The notes under the pieces are model-generated. The model saw only the letters and a program-made list of their open reading frames with translations. It ran no database searches and was not told where the DNA came from. Made by a program: the position numbers and the translations under genes. From Selaginella moellendorffii (taxonomy: Eukaryota > Plantae > Lycopodiophyta): 64,000 nucleotides of DNA. Of this stretch, positions 21,901 through 33,554 are shown piece after piece (positions within the stretch are counted from its first letter, which is position 1; each line of letters begins with the position of its first letter). The DNA lies in NCBI RefSeq assembly GCF_000143415.4, contig NW_003314300.1:718825-782824 (forward strand), given 5' to 3'.

Positions 21901-23104
21901 TGGGCCTCTATTTCTCGTGCTGGAGAAGGGGCTCGCTGGTCAAGAAGTTGCTTATTGTCTTTGACTTATGATTTTATTGGTGATCATAAAGGCCAATGGT
22001 CTATGTTCAGCCTTCCCATTCTAAGATGGACAATTTTTTTCTGTAAGCTTTTCTTTTTATCACTTTTCCTCAACTATGATCTTAAGACTAGAGATGAAAC
22101 CCCGAGAGAATCAAACGAGAGCTCACAGATAGTCATTGTAGTCTGTGAGGAAAGCGAAATTTCCATAACTTCAAGAATTTTGGGAAGTTCTTCTCCACGA
22201 AGAAAAAGAAGAAGAGGACCGATGTATACAGGATTCACAGATCAAAACTTTAAGATGGAGTCTTCAGCCTGGGCGAGTTCATAGAGAAAGAAATCTTCTT
22301 TCATTTGTGTTTTACTTTTCTAGATGGGAGCTCTACTACGGTCCAAAGAGCAAGAAATTAAACGTGACCTTCACAATGATACTGTTGCTGCTGGTATAAG
22401 CTACAAGCTTTTCCATGAAAGTTTTGCTTTGCTAATTCCTCTGTCATGGTGTTTGTCTTGCCGCAGGAAGAACAGCAAACTAGTAGGGGGGAATCCAAGG
22501 ATGTGAAGGTTCCACTACATCTGGAACTTTAACCTTCAATTAACTTTTCTGAGATGTATTTGCAGGTCTGTGTAAACTTTGGCCAAAATCAATTTGTTTT
22601 CGATGTGGAGGTAAGTTGAGGCTTGTATCGTCTACATCTAAATCTTCTTAAGGGTCTGCCAGGATTTGATTTTTAAAGGAACACGAGAAGCATCAAGCAG
22701 AAGTGGAAAACATCCCAGCATTGTGCCTGGATACTTTCTACATTCAAAAAACTTGGCAAGCTCGTCACTAGCTTCTTGCGAAAGTTTGCCGAAGAGAAAG
22801 GTCTCAAGCTTCTCGTGGTGTGCATTTCTTGCATCAAACCCTCAACACTAGTAGCGAATATCTGAAGGAATTTGTAGAGGTTTCTTTGGTTTCCTCATGC
22901 AAACAAAATGTCTTGTTTGTGATGATCGGAATCCTGTGCTAAGTTCTTACATTCTTCTAGTGGACGTGTGAGATGGTGCAAAAGCTCACATTTTGGAAAA
23001 ATGAGTGCTTTGGGGTGCTACTTTTGCATTGTACAGAGCCGAGTGAGTTTTGTATTTTGTTTTTCTTTTCCTTTTTTTTAGGAAAAATAGGTTCACGCAT
23101 TTTT

Positions 23105-23294
23105 NNNNNNNNNNNNNNNNNNNNNNNNNNNNNNNNNNNNNNNNNNNNNNNNNNNNNNNNNNNNNNNNNNNNNNNNNNNNNNNNNNNNNNNNNNNNNNNN
23201 NNNNNNNNNNNNNNNNNNNNNNNNNNNNNNNNNNNNNNNNNNNNNNNNNNNNNNNNNNNNNNNNNNNNNNNNNNNNNNNNNNNNNNNNNNNNNN
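23105..23294. other. Assembly gap (190 N)
   Basis: Run of N. Confidence 1.
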
Positions 23295-23534
23295 ATTCAT
23301 GAGTTGTTCTCTAGTTGAGCAGTGTACTCTCTGCTCTTATTGCACATCTCTTGGGTCCCATCAATGCTGCTTGAAGTGTAGCAGGTTCGTGAATAGCTTA
23401 TGCGGTGTGAGCATGATACTGAAGAATTTTCCCTGTTGGTTTTCACATCATGGTGGCGAGCTTGGCGTGAGATCGTCCATTGAATGTGTGTTATTATCTT
23501 TTGCACAGCTGAAGTGCTGGTTCTTGCCGTGAAT

Positions 23535-23662
23535 AGAGCGTTTTGGACGACAAGATTCCCATCGCTCAGGCAAAGACTAATTTCATTGCAAGAGTAGAAT
23601 ATTCGTTTGGCTTAGCTAAACTGTATTTCTCTCCAGCATGGAGGAGAATATTCTCTCGGCCC
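23535..23662 (-). pseudogene. Internally deleted copy of part of the PPR gene at 16807-18378
   Basis: The blocks agattcccatcgctcaggcaaag, gaatattcgtttggctt and tttctctccagcatgga match 17420-17650 in the same orientation, with deletions between them. Confidence 0.85.
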
Positions 23663-25553
23663 ATCACCTGCCCGCTAATTCATTCATGTTCGTTTCCATA
23701 CAGATCTATTTTATTGTAGTCCTTGATTCATTTATCATGGCAGAACTGAAGCTAACAATGGTGTCGAAAGAGTCTCAAGAATAGATCCAGGTAATTTTCT
23801 TGTTCCCAGAGGGATTCCATCATATCTCCAACGCTCTTGCCAGATATTTCCTAAACGCTTTGAACAAAAGTAAAAAAAGCAAAACTCGCTGTGGTCCCAG
23901 AGGTTCAAGTAAGGCGAGAAACAAATCTTACCTCACCGAAACAAATTCGCTAGGCACTCTCAGAGGATTCGAGATATAGACTAGAGATTCCGTGATCTTT
24001 CTCCCGAAGAATAGAAACCATTTCATTCGAGTAAGACTCCTAAAAATTTATCCAACTTAGAGCTTAGAATTTGGAGATGGCTGCGCGTACGTGAGCCCTC
24101 AACTTCCACAAATTACAACGTCCACTCCACTTTGGGAAGATGCTAGGGAGTGCAATGGGAAGGCCGAACCTAGGCCATTGATGATTACCAATAGACCCGT
24201 GCTCTCATTCATATCTTTCAGTCAAAAACCTAGTCAAAAGAAAAGTGGCATAATCGCTCGGATCTAGCTTGGTTAGCTGCCCCACTCGCTTTGCTATCCT
24301 GCCCAATCGAGGAGGAGCTTCCAGGCCTGCCGCTAGATCCTCAGCGTCGCCAGCTCCAATCGGCTCGTCAGCAGGATCGCGCAGTAGTGCTCCACAGACG
24401 ATCCCCTCGAAGTCGTCCCGCGACCACAAGGTTAAGAGCCTTGCGCTCTATCAATGGTCAGATTATCTTGAAGAAAATAATCATCGACATAGAAGGTTGT
24501 CGAGCTTTTCTCTTTTTTACATGTAGAGTATGTATCGGAGGCCATTTATGATCTCCAGAAGCTTGCGGGACTTGCGATTGACAAAGACAAAAGCTGAACA
24601 GAATGTGCTGGGCCGGAAGCGCTGCCCTCTCTCCCGCTTGATGAGTGAAATCCCCACCTGACCATGAATGTGAAGACCGTGATCAGTGCCTTGGTGGCCA
24701 GTATCTCCATTTTGTCATGATCATGGTGTTGCTGCTGCTGCTGATCCATTATCATGCGGATGTGACCATCCATAGATATAAGAGGGTCAAAGAACTGTGC
24801 CAAGTTAGACTACTTCTTTATTTTATCAAAGTAAAAAATTTTGCCGGTCAAAGCTTTCTCTTTTGTTCACTTTCAATCCAAAACCGAGAGGAATGTTTTG
24901 TAAGGCATTACTACTTATTAGAGGGTATATTTAATATTTTTATATGTATACATAAAAGTTATTTTATCCCTATTTATCCCTTAATGTTCTAAGGATTTAT
25001 GATTATATAAATTTCATTCCATGATCACATAACTTCACAAATTGATATTTGCCCATTCATTATTTCTAGTTACACCATGATATAACGGCATTAAAAAATT
25101 TAATTATATACATGGTTGTTGACCTATGATCATCAAGATCCCCAACTAAATTGGTGAAGATCCGTACATGGTTCCTCTCTATCCAACTTGTGGTAAAATT
25201 CTTGATGGAAGAATGAACAGGAAAATTCTATTCCTTGAACACTTGTTATACATGGACTTATATATGCCTTCCTCTCCTGGATTTTGCTGCTGATTCTAGC
25301 TGTGTGCTCTTAGACTTGGAATCTTAGTTGTCTTATCAGCATTGTTTTGTTTTTGTTGGGACAAAGTTCCTGTGAAGAACAAAGTTAACAGACATTGCTT
25401 CTTTGTTTTAAGATTTGTAGAGCAGGTCTCCAAAAATTCTCGCTAGTTTAGACCAGCAAGGGGTTGGAAGTAGTTTTAAATATGGTGGAATAATGACGTG
25501 GCTGCTTATAGTTGACGTGGCCCAACCATGTCAGTAAACGCCTGACCTGTCTT

Positions 25554-28500
25554 TTAATTTAAACAAGTTGGCGCACGTAAGAGATTCGATAGAACCACAT
25601 GACCAGCACCGCAGCTCCGCTCTATCTCCATGACACGCTCCGCCACCGCCACGCCCCGCCGAGCATCGTTCTGGACCTGGCATCCTCCCAGCACCATCAT
25701 CCACTGGAAGCCACCACCGCCACCACCGCCACCACCGCCGCTACTACTCTCCGAGAGCTCCTCCGCGATGCTCAATCGCCCCGAGCGACTAAAGAGATCA
25801 ACCAAGCACCCCTGGTGCTCCGGTCCCGCTGGAACTCCATAGTCGATCGCCATGGACGAGAAGTAAAAGACAGCGCTCGCCGCCTGGCCCGAGTGGCTGC
25901 ACGCCGAGAGGATGCTCACGAAAGTTATCCCGTCCGGAGCGATCCCTTGCAGCTGCATCTCGAGGAACAGCTCCAGCGCCTGCCCAGCGGTGGCGTTGCG
26001 AGCGTACGCTGCGATGATCGAGTTCCAGGATACCACGTCCCGGCGTGAGATGTCCTGGAACACTTGGTCGGCCTGGTTGAGGTTGCCGACCTTCGCGTAG
26101 AGGTTGATGAAGCCGTGCTTGATAACGTCGTCTCGGAAAACCTGCGCCTGGACTGCCAGTGCTTGGATCGCCTTGCAGCTCTGAGCACTGGAGATAATCG
26201 AGCCGGAGGAGTTCGAAGATGCAGCAGTGAGGAAGCTGACGAAGCTAATCTTGTTGGGACGAAAGCCTTCCAGCTGCATCCGGTGGAAGATCTCGAGCAC
26301 CTCGTCACCTTTCTCGGCTGCCACCATGAGAGCGTTCCAGGAGATCACGTCCCTCACGGCCATTGAGTTGAAAGCCTGTTGAGCAGCCACGAAGTCTCCA
26401 CACCTCCCGTGCATTGTGATGACAGCATTTCCGAGAAGAAGATCTGCTTCTGACTCGTGTGATCCCAGTGACGTTGTCTCCAGGATGCAACTTAGAACAA
26501 GGTTTGCATCCCTCGGCGAAGAGCAGGCGTTGAGCACCGAAACGAACGTGGCCTTGCTCGGCTTCATCCCTTCTAGCTGCATCATCCGGAACAAGTTGAG
26601 AGCTTCTCCAAACTCGTTGTGCTGGATACACGCGGTGATAATCGCGTTCATTGCCACGAGGTCCTTCTCGGCCACCGTGTTGAAAGCCCGAAAAGCGTCT
26701 TCTACACTTCCACACCTTCCATACATGCTGATCACTGCAGTACCCAGCACTGTGCCTGATTCCCAGCCACTTCCAACCACCTGTTTGTGAACCTTCCTCC
26801 CGAACTTTAGATCCTGCGGACTCTCGCAGGCGTTAAGGATGCTCGCAAGTGTTATTTCATCCGCCTGAAACCCCTCCAGCTGCGTCGAGTGAAGAGAACG
26901 CAATGACTTCTCAGCCATCCCACTGTCTGCGAACGCTGCAACAAGTGCGTTCCACGACACGAATGTTTCCTCTCCGGCCCGAAAAACTGCTTGAGCATCT
27001 TCGACAGCTCCACATTTCCCGTACATCCGGATGATTGAAGCACGAACAAGCTCATCCTCCAAGTGTCCACAGCAGTCGCAAATCCAGCAGTGGATAGCGC
27101 GTCCAAGCTGTAGCAAGCCACCTTTAGCGCATAGATTCAAAATTAAAACTAAAGTCATACTGTTTGGTTTGCCACCGTTGAGCTGCATCTCTTGAAATCT
27201 CTGGATGGCTACTCCAACTTGTCCGCGCTCTATAAGCGCTCCCAGCAACGTGTTCCAACTAGAAACATCCCGCTGGGAAATATTCGGACAGCTTTTGGCA
27301 GCGTCGTCCAGAAATCCGCAGCTCGCGAACATCCGAAACAAGCAGCCTTCTACTTCCGGATTCACATGAAGCCCAACGGCTTGCACGAGTTCATGAATGT
27401 TGTTGAGATGCGGAAGTCCTTTTCCCTGCTTCGAAAAAGAAAAGCTGTTTAGGACCGAAATGAACGTAACCCTGTCTGGAGCCATACCCTGGAGTTGCAT
27501 TTGGTAGAAGAGTAGTATGGCCTCGTTATGCTGTCCGGATTCAGCACAGGCTGCTATCATTGAGTTCCACGAAACAGCGTCTTCATATGGTACAAGCTGA
27601 CCAAATATATCACGAGCAGTTTTCAAGTCCCTGCAGCTCCCATACATATCAATTAGTGCATTTCGGACTACGAGATCAAGTTCAAAACCAGACGAAGAAA
27701 TAAAGTTATGAACGAGCTTACCGGCTGGAAGAAAACTCGAGCTCTTGCATGCACCGAGAATCGTGATCAGCGCTATCTTATCCGCTGTTACGCCTTCCAG
27801 CAGCATCCCTTGGAAGACAACGAATGCCACTGAGTAGTAACCATGTTCCACCATAGCTGAAATCAGAGCACTCCAAGATGCAACCACCGGGTGAGATATA
27901 CTGTCGAAGGCATCCCAGGCGGACGACAATTTTCCAGCTCTGGAAAACATCTCAACCAGAGCTGTCCCTACTGCCACGTCGGTGTCAAAGCAACACTCGC
28001 ATACCAAGTCGTGAACCAGTTTAGCTCGATCACGCATCAGCGAGCCCAGAATGGTGATGAAACTGATCTTGTCAGGCCGAATTCCTTCCAGCAGCATCTT
28101 CTGGAACAGCCGAAAGGCCGTATCGGAGAATCCACACTGAGCGTAAGCAGCAACCATTGACGTCCACATGATCACGTCCCGAGTCCCACTTCCCACGGCT
28201 TCGAAAACCTTGGCAGCTTCTTCGACACCACCACACCTGCTGTACATACTCACGAGAGCATTTGCCAGCACCGAATTGGAATCCAAATCCATACCTCCCT
28301 CACTGATCCAACCATGAAGAGTTCTTCCTCGAGCTAGATCGTCACCGCAGCCGCAAGACCCGAGAGCATTCACGAACGTAAACTCGTTCGGCGAAATGCC
28401 TTCCAGCTGCATTCTCCGAAGGCAACCAAACGCTTCCTTGTGATGCCCCGCTTGGACATAAGCCGCCACCATGACTGTCCAAGTCACCACGTTTCTCGCC

Positions 28501-29066
28501 GCCTCGATCTCGTCGAAAACCGCGATGGCGTTGTCAAGCTCCCGGCATTTCCCATAGAAGTTGACGATGGCGGTTGCCACGGCGGTGTCAGCTGAAAGGC
28601 CACACTCGTCACTGTAACCACGAACTCTTTTACCTTCTTCCAAAGCCCCGCCCTTGGTGCAAGCGTTGAAGACCGTGAGAAGCGTGATCTTGTCGATCGA
28701 AACCCCCGACTGGAGCATGGATTGGAAAGTCCGGAAGGATTCGTCAAACTGGCCGTGATGAGAGAATGCCGCCACCATCGCCGTCCATAGAGCAACGTCG
28801 TCGCTGGAAGAACAAAGCTCTTGGAAAGCCGACCGTGCTTCGATCAAGCTCCCACACTTGAGATACATCTCGACGATGTCACGCCTGAGCCGCCGAGAAT
28901 CCACACTGCTGTGCGCTATAAGAGCATGGATTTTCCTGCCTTCCACCAGAGCCCTGTCGCTGCCGCATCGCCGGAGCAGGCGAGAGTAGTCGAAAGACAC
29001 CGCCTCTAGAGATTTCCCTCCATCCGGCCAAGGATTGATGTTCTTGGCATCCGATACCGCCAGCAT
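25554..29066 (-). CDS. Long PLS-class PPR protein with C-terminal E1/E2 domains (putative organellar RNA-editing factor)
   Basis: 1170-codon ORF of P-L-S triplets ending in EHQGCLVDLFSRSGRL...WMMVLGGCQVQND...HVVLSN. No DYW domain. A possible upstream exon starts at ATG 29180. Confidence 0.93.
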   Translation of the reverse strand: MLAVSDAKNINPWPDGGKSLEAVSFDYSRLLRRCGSDRALVEGRKIHALIAHSSVDSRRLRRDIVEMYLKCGSLIEARSAFQELCSSSDDVALWTAMVAAFSHHGQFDESFRTFQSMLQSGVSIDKITLLTVFNACTKGGALEEGKRVRGYSDECGLSADTAVATAIVNFYGKCRELDNAIAVFDEIEAARNVVTWTVMVAAYVQAGHHKEAFGCLRRMQLEGISPNEFTFVNALGSCGCGDDLARGRTLHGWISEGGMDLDSNSVLANALVSMYSRCGGVEEAAKVFEAVGSGTRDVIMWTSMVAAYAQCGFSDTAFRLFQKMLLEGIRPDKISFITILGSLMRDRAKLVHDLVCECCFDTDVAVGTALVEMFSRAGKLSSAWDAFDSISHPVVASWSALISAMVEHGYYSVAFVVFQGMLLEGVTADKIALITILGACKSSSFLPAGKLVHNFISSSGFELDLVVRNALIDMYGSCRDLKTARDIFGQLVPYEDAVSWNSMIAACAESGQHNEAILLFYQMQLQGMAPDRVTFISVLNSFSFSKQGKGLPHLNNIHELVQAVGLHVNPEVEGCLFRMFASCGFLDDAAKSCPNISQRDVSSWNTLLGALIERGQVGVAIQRFQEMQLNGGKPNSMTLVLILNLCAKGGLLQLGRAIHCWICDCCGHLEDELVRASIIRMYGKCGAVEDAQAVFRAGEETFVSWNALVAAFADSGMAEKSLRSLHSTQLEGFQADEITLASILNACESPQDLKFGRKVHKQVVGSGWESGTVLGTAVISMYGRCGSVEDAFRAFNTVAEKDLVAMNAIITACIQHNEFGEALNLFRMMQLEGMKPSKATFVSVLNACSSPRDANLVLSCILETTSLGSHESEADLLLGNAVITMHGRCGDFVAAQQAFNSMAVRDVISWNALMVAAEKGDEVLEIFHRMQLEGFRPNKISFVSFLTAASSNSSGSIISSAQSCKAIQALAVQAQVFRDDVIKHGFINLYAKVGNLNQADQVFQDISRRDVVSWNSIIAAYARNATAGQALELFLEMQLQGIAPDGITFVSILSACSHSGQAASAVFYFSSMAIDYGVPAGPEHQGCLVDLFSRSGRLSIAEELSESSSGGGGGGGGGGFQWMMVLGGCQVQNDARRGVAVAERVMEIERSCGAGHVVLSNLLRAPTCLN

Positions 29067-29331
29067 TTCTCATCGGCGCCTCGATTCCAGCCAGAACGGC
29101 ACCGGTTTCTAGAAAATCTCTGATTCCATACCTTGCCGGCAGGAAATCCTTGCGAAATATCGTAGCGCCAAGGCCGCCATGCGCCGCGGAGGCAAGGCGC
29201 CAAATCCCCAAAACCCTAAACACACTGTTCTTGTTCTAGTTCTTTTCACGGCTCTGCGCAAGATAGATCAAACAAAAACTGGCATTGATCTATCATCTAT
29301 CTACACAGCTCCACTCCACGATCTCGCGCTC

Positions 29332-30390
29332 TCACTGCTCGTGGCTCTTGATCTCCTCCATCTGGTCGGCGGGAGCGCCGGATTTCTGCGATCCAGTGAG
29401 CCGCGCGAGCGCCACAAACGTGTATCCCCCGAGGAGATTATTCACAGTCCTGGTCGCGAGCACCGATGCCTTGAACAGCACCGGGGGTAGCATCCCCGCG
29501 AGGCCGAATTCCAATCCATTCACGGCCTGGTACCTGAGATTGCTGCTCAATCCCATGTGTGCCGCCCACGTCGCGGCGTTGAGCACCGTCGGCGGCGCCT
29601 TGTTCTGGGGCTGGAAGCTCGGATCCATCCTCTTCCTCGCGGCGAGCAGCAGCGACGACAGCGCGGTTCCAACCAGCCCCGCCGCGAATCCCACCGCGGC
29701 AAACACCGCGCCTTTGTAGAGGAACGTCCCAGCCCTGGCGGCGAGCGAGAAATTGCCCGACTCGAACATATGCCCGGGAGGGCACGAGGAGAAGATCCCT
29801 GGCAGAGCGCCGCCGCCGCTGCTCGATCCAGTCGGCGCGAGGAGATACATGAGCGTGAAATTCAGCAGCGATCCCACCACCATGGTCGAGAACACGAAAT
29901 CCAGCTCGTTGAGCCCGAAATTCGGCCTGGAAGCCATGTCCCCGAGCACATTCGCGCCCACGCCGACGATCTCCTCCATCGCCACCTTGAACGGGAACTG
30001 AGGATCGGCCGTCACGCGATCCTCCCACCCCTGCAAGAACGCGCCGAATATTCCACCGCGGCGGCGCCCCGGCGGCGATGGTCCGCCACCGCCGCCGCCG
30101 CCGCCGCCACCTCGCCGCCCATTCTGGCCGGCGCCGCCGCCTCCTCCGCTCTCCACGTAGGGCTCCTCCCGGAACGTGAAGAGAGACACGGGGCCCCGGA
30201 ATCGCGAGCCTGATCGCGCGCCATCGCTGGAGGAGGAGTTGGATCCCGCGTCGCTCGTCGATCGGCAGTGGATGTAGCGCTGGCGCTGGATCAAAGCGGG
30301 GGATCTTGGGCCGCATCCGAAATGCGGGTCGCGGCGATTCTCGCGGCCAGTGGCAGCGGCGGCGACGGCGGCAGTGGCAGCAGCCGCCAT
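29332..30390 (-). CDS. RETICULATA-related (RER2/RER3-like, DUF3411) chloroplast envelope protein
   Basis: Ala-rich transit-peptide-like start MAAAATAAV, a Gly-rich linker, then RVTADPQFPFKVAMEEIVGV..GDMASRPNFGLNELDFVFST and MGLSSNLRYQ. Intronless. Confidence 0.92.
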   Translation of the reverse strand: MAAAATAAVAAAATGRENRRDPHFGCGPRSPALIQRQRYIHCRSTSDAGSNSSSSDGARSGSRFRGPVSLFTFREEPYVESGGGGGAGQNGRRGGGGGGGGGGPSPPGRRRGGIFGAFLQGWEDRVTADPQFPFKVAMEEIVGVGANVLGDMASRPNFGLNELDFVFSTMVVGSLLNFTLMYLLAPTGSSSGGGALPGIFSSCPPGHMFESGNFSLAARAGTFLYKGAVFAAVGFAAGLVGTALSSLLLAARKRMDPSFQPQNKAPPTVLNAATWAAHMGLSSNLRYQAVNGLEFGLAGMLPPVLFKASVLATRTVNNLLGGYTFVALARLTGSQKSGAPADQMEEIKSHEQ

Positions 30391-30717
30391 TTGGATTGGA
30401 TCTTCGCTAAGAAATGTGAGACAAAGAAGAGAGAAATCCCTGCGATGATCTAATCGCGCTACCTCCAATAGAGACCCTTCTCTCCCTTTTAGGGCTTTAA
30501 GAGTATAGCATTTTGGTAGTGGGGCATCCATTTGCTCCTTGTCGCTATCTCTTCAACACTACTATTCCTCACGCAAAGCTTTAATAGAAGAAGGAAGACG
30601 AGGAGGATTTGGAGTTCTTGGCCAAGGTTTGTTCTAGCACGATTCTTTCGTTTGGGTCAAGCTTGTGTTCTTTGATCGTAGATTCGTGAGATTTTTTTAT
30701 TCCAAGATCCACACACA

Positions 30718-31732
30718 ATGCAGTCGCTCCAAGACCGAGCGTCGGAGTTGAGTGGAGTGAGTCAAGACGATGCATTCGAGATTGATGAGATCAATCTCTA
30801 CAAGAAGCTGGGACACGAGACCTTCGTCAAGCTCTCCACGAATTTTTACAACAGGTGAGTGTCCTAAAATCTTCCTAGAGGTTTAGTTCTTTCAAGACGA
30901 GAGATAGAGTGATAGTGTGCGATGAGCTCACGACTAGTTTTCTTGTCGTGAGATCAATTGCTTTTAGGATGGAAAGTTCCTGCTAGTGGATTAAAGAGTT
31001 TTACTTTGGACACACAATGTTCTTGGGGAGTCCTAGCGAAAAGTCATAGTTATAGAGCATTTAGAGCACACCAAGTTCTTAGCTAAGAGCTCTTAGATAT
31101 GATTGATGACAAGAGGAAGTTCCTCTTTGACAATTTTGGTGGTGGATCCACAGGGTCTACGCCGATGACGAAGAGTGGTTCCGCTCGATCTTTGCGAATT
31201 CCTCCAAGGACGCCGCCATCCAGAACCAGTACGAGTTTTTCATCCAGAGAATGGGAGGCCCTCCATTATATTCTCGTCGCAAAGGTATGCAATGCGTTCT
31301 TTTTCCTCCTTTTTTCTCGTTTATTTCTTCTTCTCCTGAGTCGTTCTCTTGTTCTTTCCTTCTCCGCTTCCTCTCTTTCTTTCGTCTTCCTTGACTTTTC
31401 CATCGTTCTCATTTTGTTTTAGCATTTCTCATTTGAGTTTTTAAAATTTTCTCACGACCAAACTTACAGGACATCCTGCTTTGATCGGACGCCATGGACC
31501 GTATCCAGTGACCGAGCGAGCAGCGGAAAGATGGATCGAGCATATGGTCGCAGCTCTCGACAGCGTGGAAGAAATCGATGCGGATTCAAAGAAACGAATG
31601 CTCAAGTTTTTCCGGTAAAACAATCTTCGTAGGTAGACCAAAGTATGTGATCCTTGTGTTTTTTTTTCTTCCAGGCACACCGCATTTTTTCTCGTGGCTG
31701 GCAAAGAGATGATGGCTAATCGCCGAGGATAA
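30718..31732 (+). CDS. GLB3: Truncated (2-on-2) hemoglobin
   Basis: Not visible as a single ORF. Exons 30718-30854, 31154-31284, 31470-31614 and 31675-31732 give [14 protein letters not shown]...[10 protein letters not shown]...[32 protein letters not shown]...[12 protein letters not shown]. Confidence 0.96.
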
Positions 31733-31948
31733 AGAACAGGTTTTTTTTATAAACTCTGGACTAACGAGCCATTGTTTCACACCTGGTCTTCTCTACAGTA
31801 GAACACCGGGAATCAATGAAGTAGTTATTTACTCGACAAACGACAGGGAAGGTCGTGCCACTCGCGGATTCAACTTCAGAGGAACTTGCATTGAGGACAG
31901 AGAAAGAGGGGCTCGCAGCGACAGTGTTTTCGCGATCGTTCAACCAGC

Positions 31949-33554
31949 ATGGTGATCGACGAGCTCAAAGTTTCTTGCAGGAGGCCTCATATTGTAGCGG
32001 TGGCTTACCTCTCGCAGGGTCACATTAATCCTCTCATTCACTTCTGCCTCAAGCTCGCTCACCACGGGATCCTGGTAACGTTCGTGACGATCCACGTCGA
32101 CGGGTTTCTGGGAGTGGGGCAAAGGAAAGATCCAGAGGTCCCAGAGCACTGGAAGAACAACTTTAACTTCGAGCGCCTCGAGCTGGAGCTCCCGAAAGAG
32201 GGTGTGATGTCCCCGGGTGGATTTGCTAAGATCTTCGCGATGATCGAAGAGCTCGGAGGCCCTTTCGAGGAGCTGCTGTCAAAGCTCCACTCTCGAGAAG
32301 AGATACCAAAGGTAAGTTGTATCGTTTCCGACTGTATGCTCGTGTTCACTCAGGTAGTCGCCAAAAAACTCGGCATTCCGAGAGCTGGATTTTGGACGAC
32401 TTCGCTGGCTTCTCTCACGGTCGATTATCATGTTCCACTTCTCCTGGAGAATGGTGATATTCCAGTCACTGGTAAGAACATTAGTGGACTTGCTCGACAA
32501 TCTCCTAGCTTCGTCTTCTTCCAGGAGAGAACTGGGAGAAGATCATAACTTATGTCCCGGGACTGGCTCCTCTTCCGGCTTGGTCACTTCCGATCATGTA
32601 CCACGAAGGGAATATCATGACCACCACGGATCCTGGATACAAGCGGAAGATCGCAAGGTGCGTGATCTTGAGAGACGATGCTTGGATCATAGCAAATTCT
32701 TTCGAGGAACTCGAGCCGGCAGGATTCCAGGCACTCCGGAAGGCCATGAACCAGCGGTGCATCGGCGTGGGGCCATTGCTCCCCGACGGGTTCTTCGGCG
32801 AAAGAGGAGATTATGACGAGCATCGCAAGGTGGTGGCTCCAGGTGTCGCAAGTTTCTGGAAACAAGACACCACTTGCCTTAAGTGGCTCGCTGGGAAAGC
32901 TCCAAACTCGGTACTGTACATCTCGTTTGGAAGTGTCATCAAGCTCACACTTCCAGAGTTTGAGGAACTCTCTAGAGGCCTGGAATCGTCCAAGCAGGTA
33001 CTCCTGTCAAATCTCCATTTTGTCCAGAAAAAACGCAATTTTGCATCGATTTTGTGCAGGCTTTTCTATGGGCTTTTCGTCCAGGATGTGTGGAAGGACT
33101 CGAGATCGAGGAATTGGAATCGTTCAAGGAGAGAACGAGCTCGACCGGACTGGTCATAAGCTGGGCTCCTCAAGTGGAAGTTTTGTCGCACGAATCCACA
33201 GGTGGATTCTTGACGCACTGTGGATGGAACTCAGTCTTGGAGGGGATTTGCGGAGGCGTTCCAATGCTGGGATGGCCAAGACAAGCCGAACAAAACATAA
33301 ACTGCGAGCTCTTCGTGGGGATGGGAATCGGGTTGAGGCTAGTGGAAGCAAACCAGAGTGGCCGCTATCAGGCTTGTCCAACGAGCGACGTGATTGCTTC
33401 CAAGGTCTCGAGAGTTCTTGGTGATGAAGGACTGAGGAAAAGAGCAGGGGAGCTTCGAGATTCTGCCAGGAGAGCCGTGAAAAACCAAAGCGGTTCTACT
33501 ACGACACATGTGGAAGGCTTCGTGAGATACCTGTACGGAGAGTCTCTTTCGTAA
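31949..33554 (+). CDS. Family 1 UDP-glycosyltransferase
   Basis: Exons 31949-32471, 32525-32997 and 33060-33554. N-terminal QGHINPL, SVLYISFGS and the PSPG box WAPQVEVLSHESTGGFLTHCGWNSVLEG...WPRQAEQ. Confidence 0.96.

Noticed and set aside
22973-23532. ORFs spanning N runs (also 50749-51256 and 58538-59120)
   Set aside because: Artefacts of assembly gaps and the (TA)n repeat.
30391-30531. In-frame upstream ATG extension of the RER-like ORF
   Set aside because: It would bury the transit-peptide-like MAAAATAA start and runs through promoter-like sequence.
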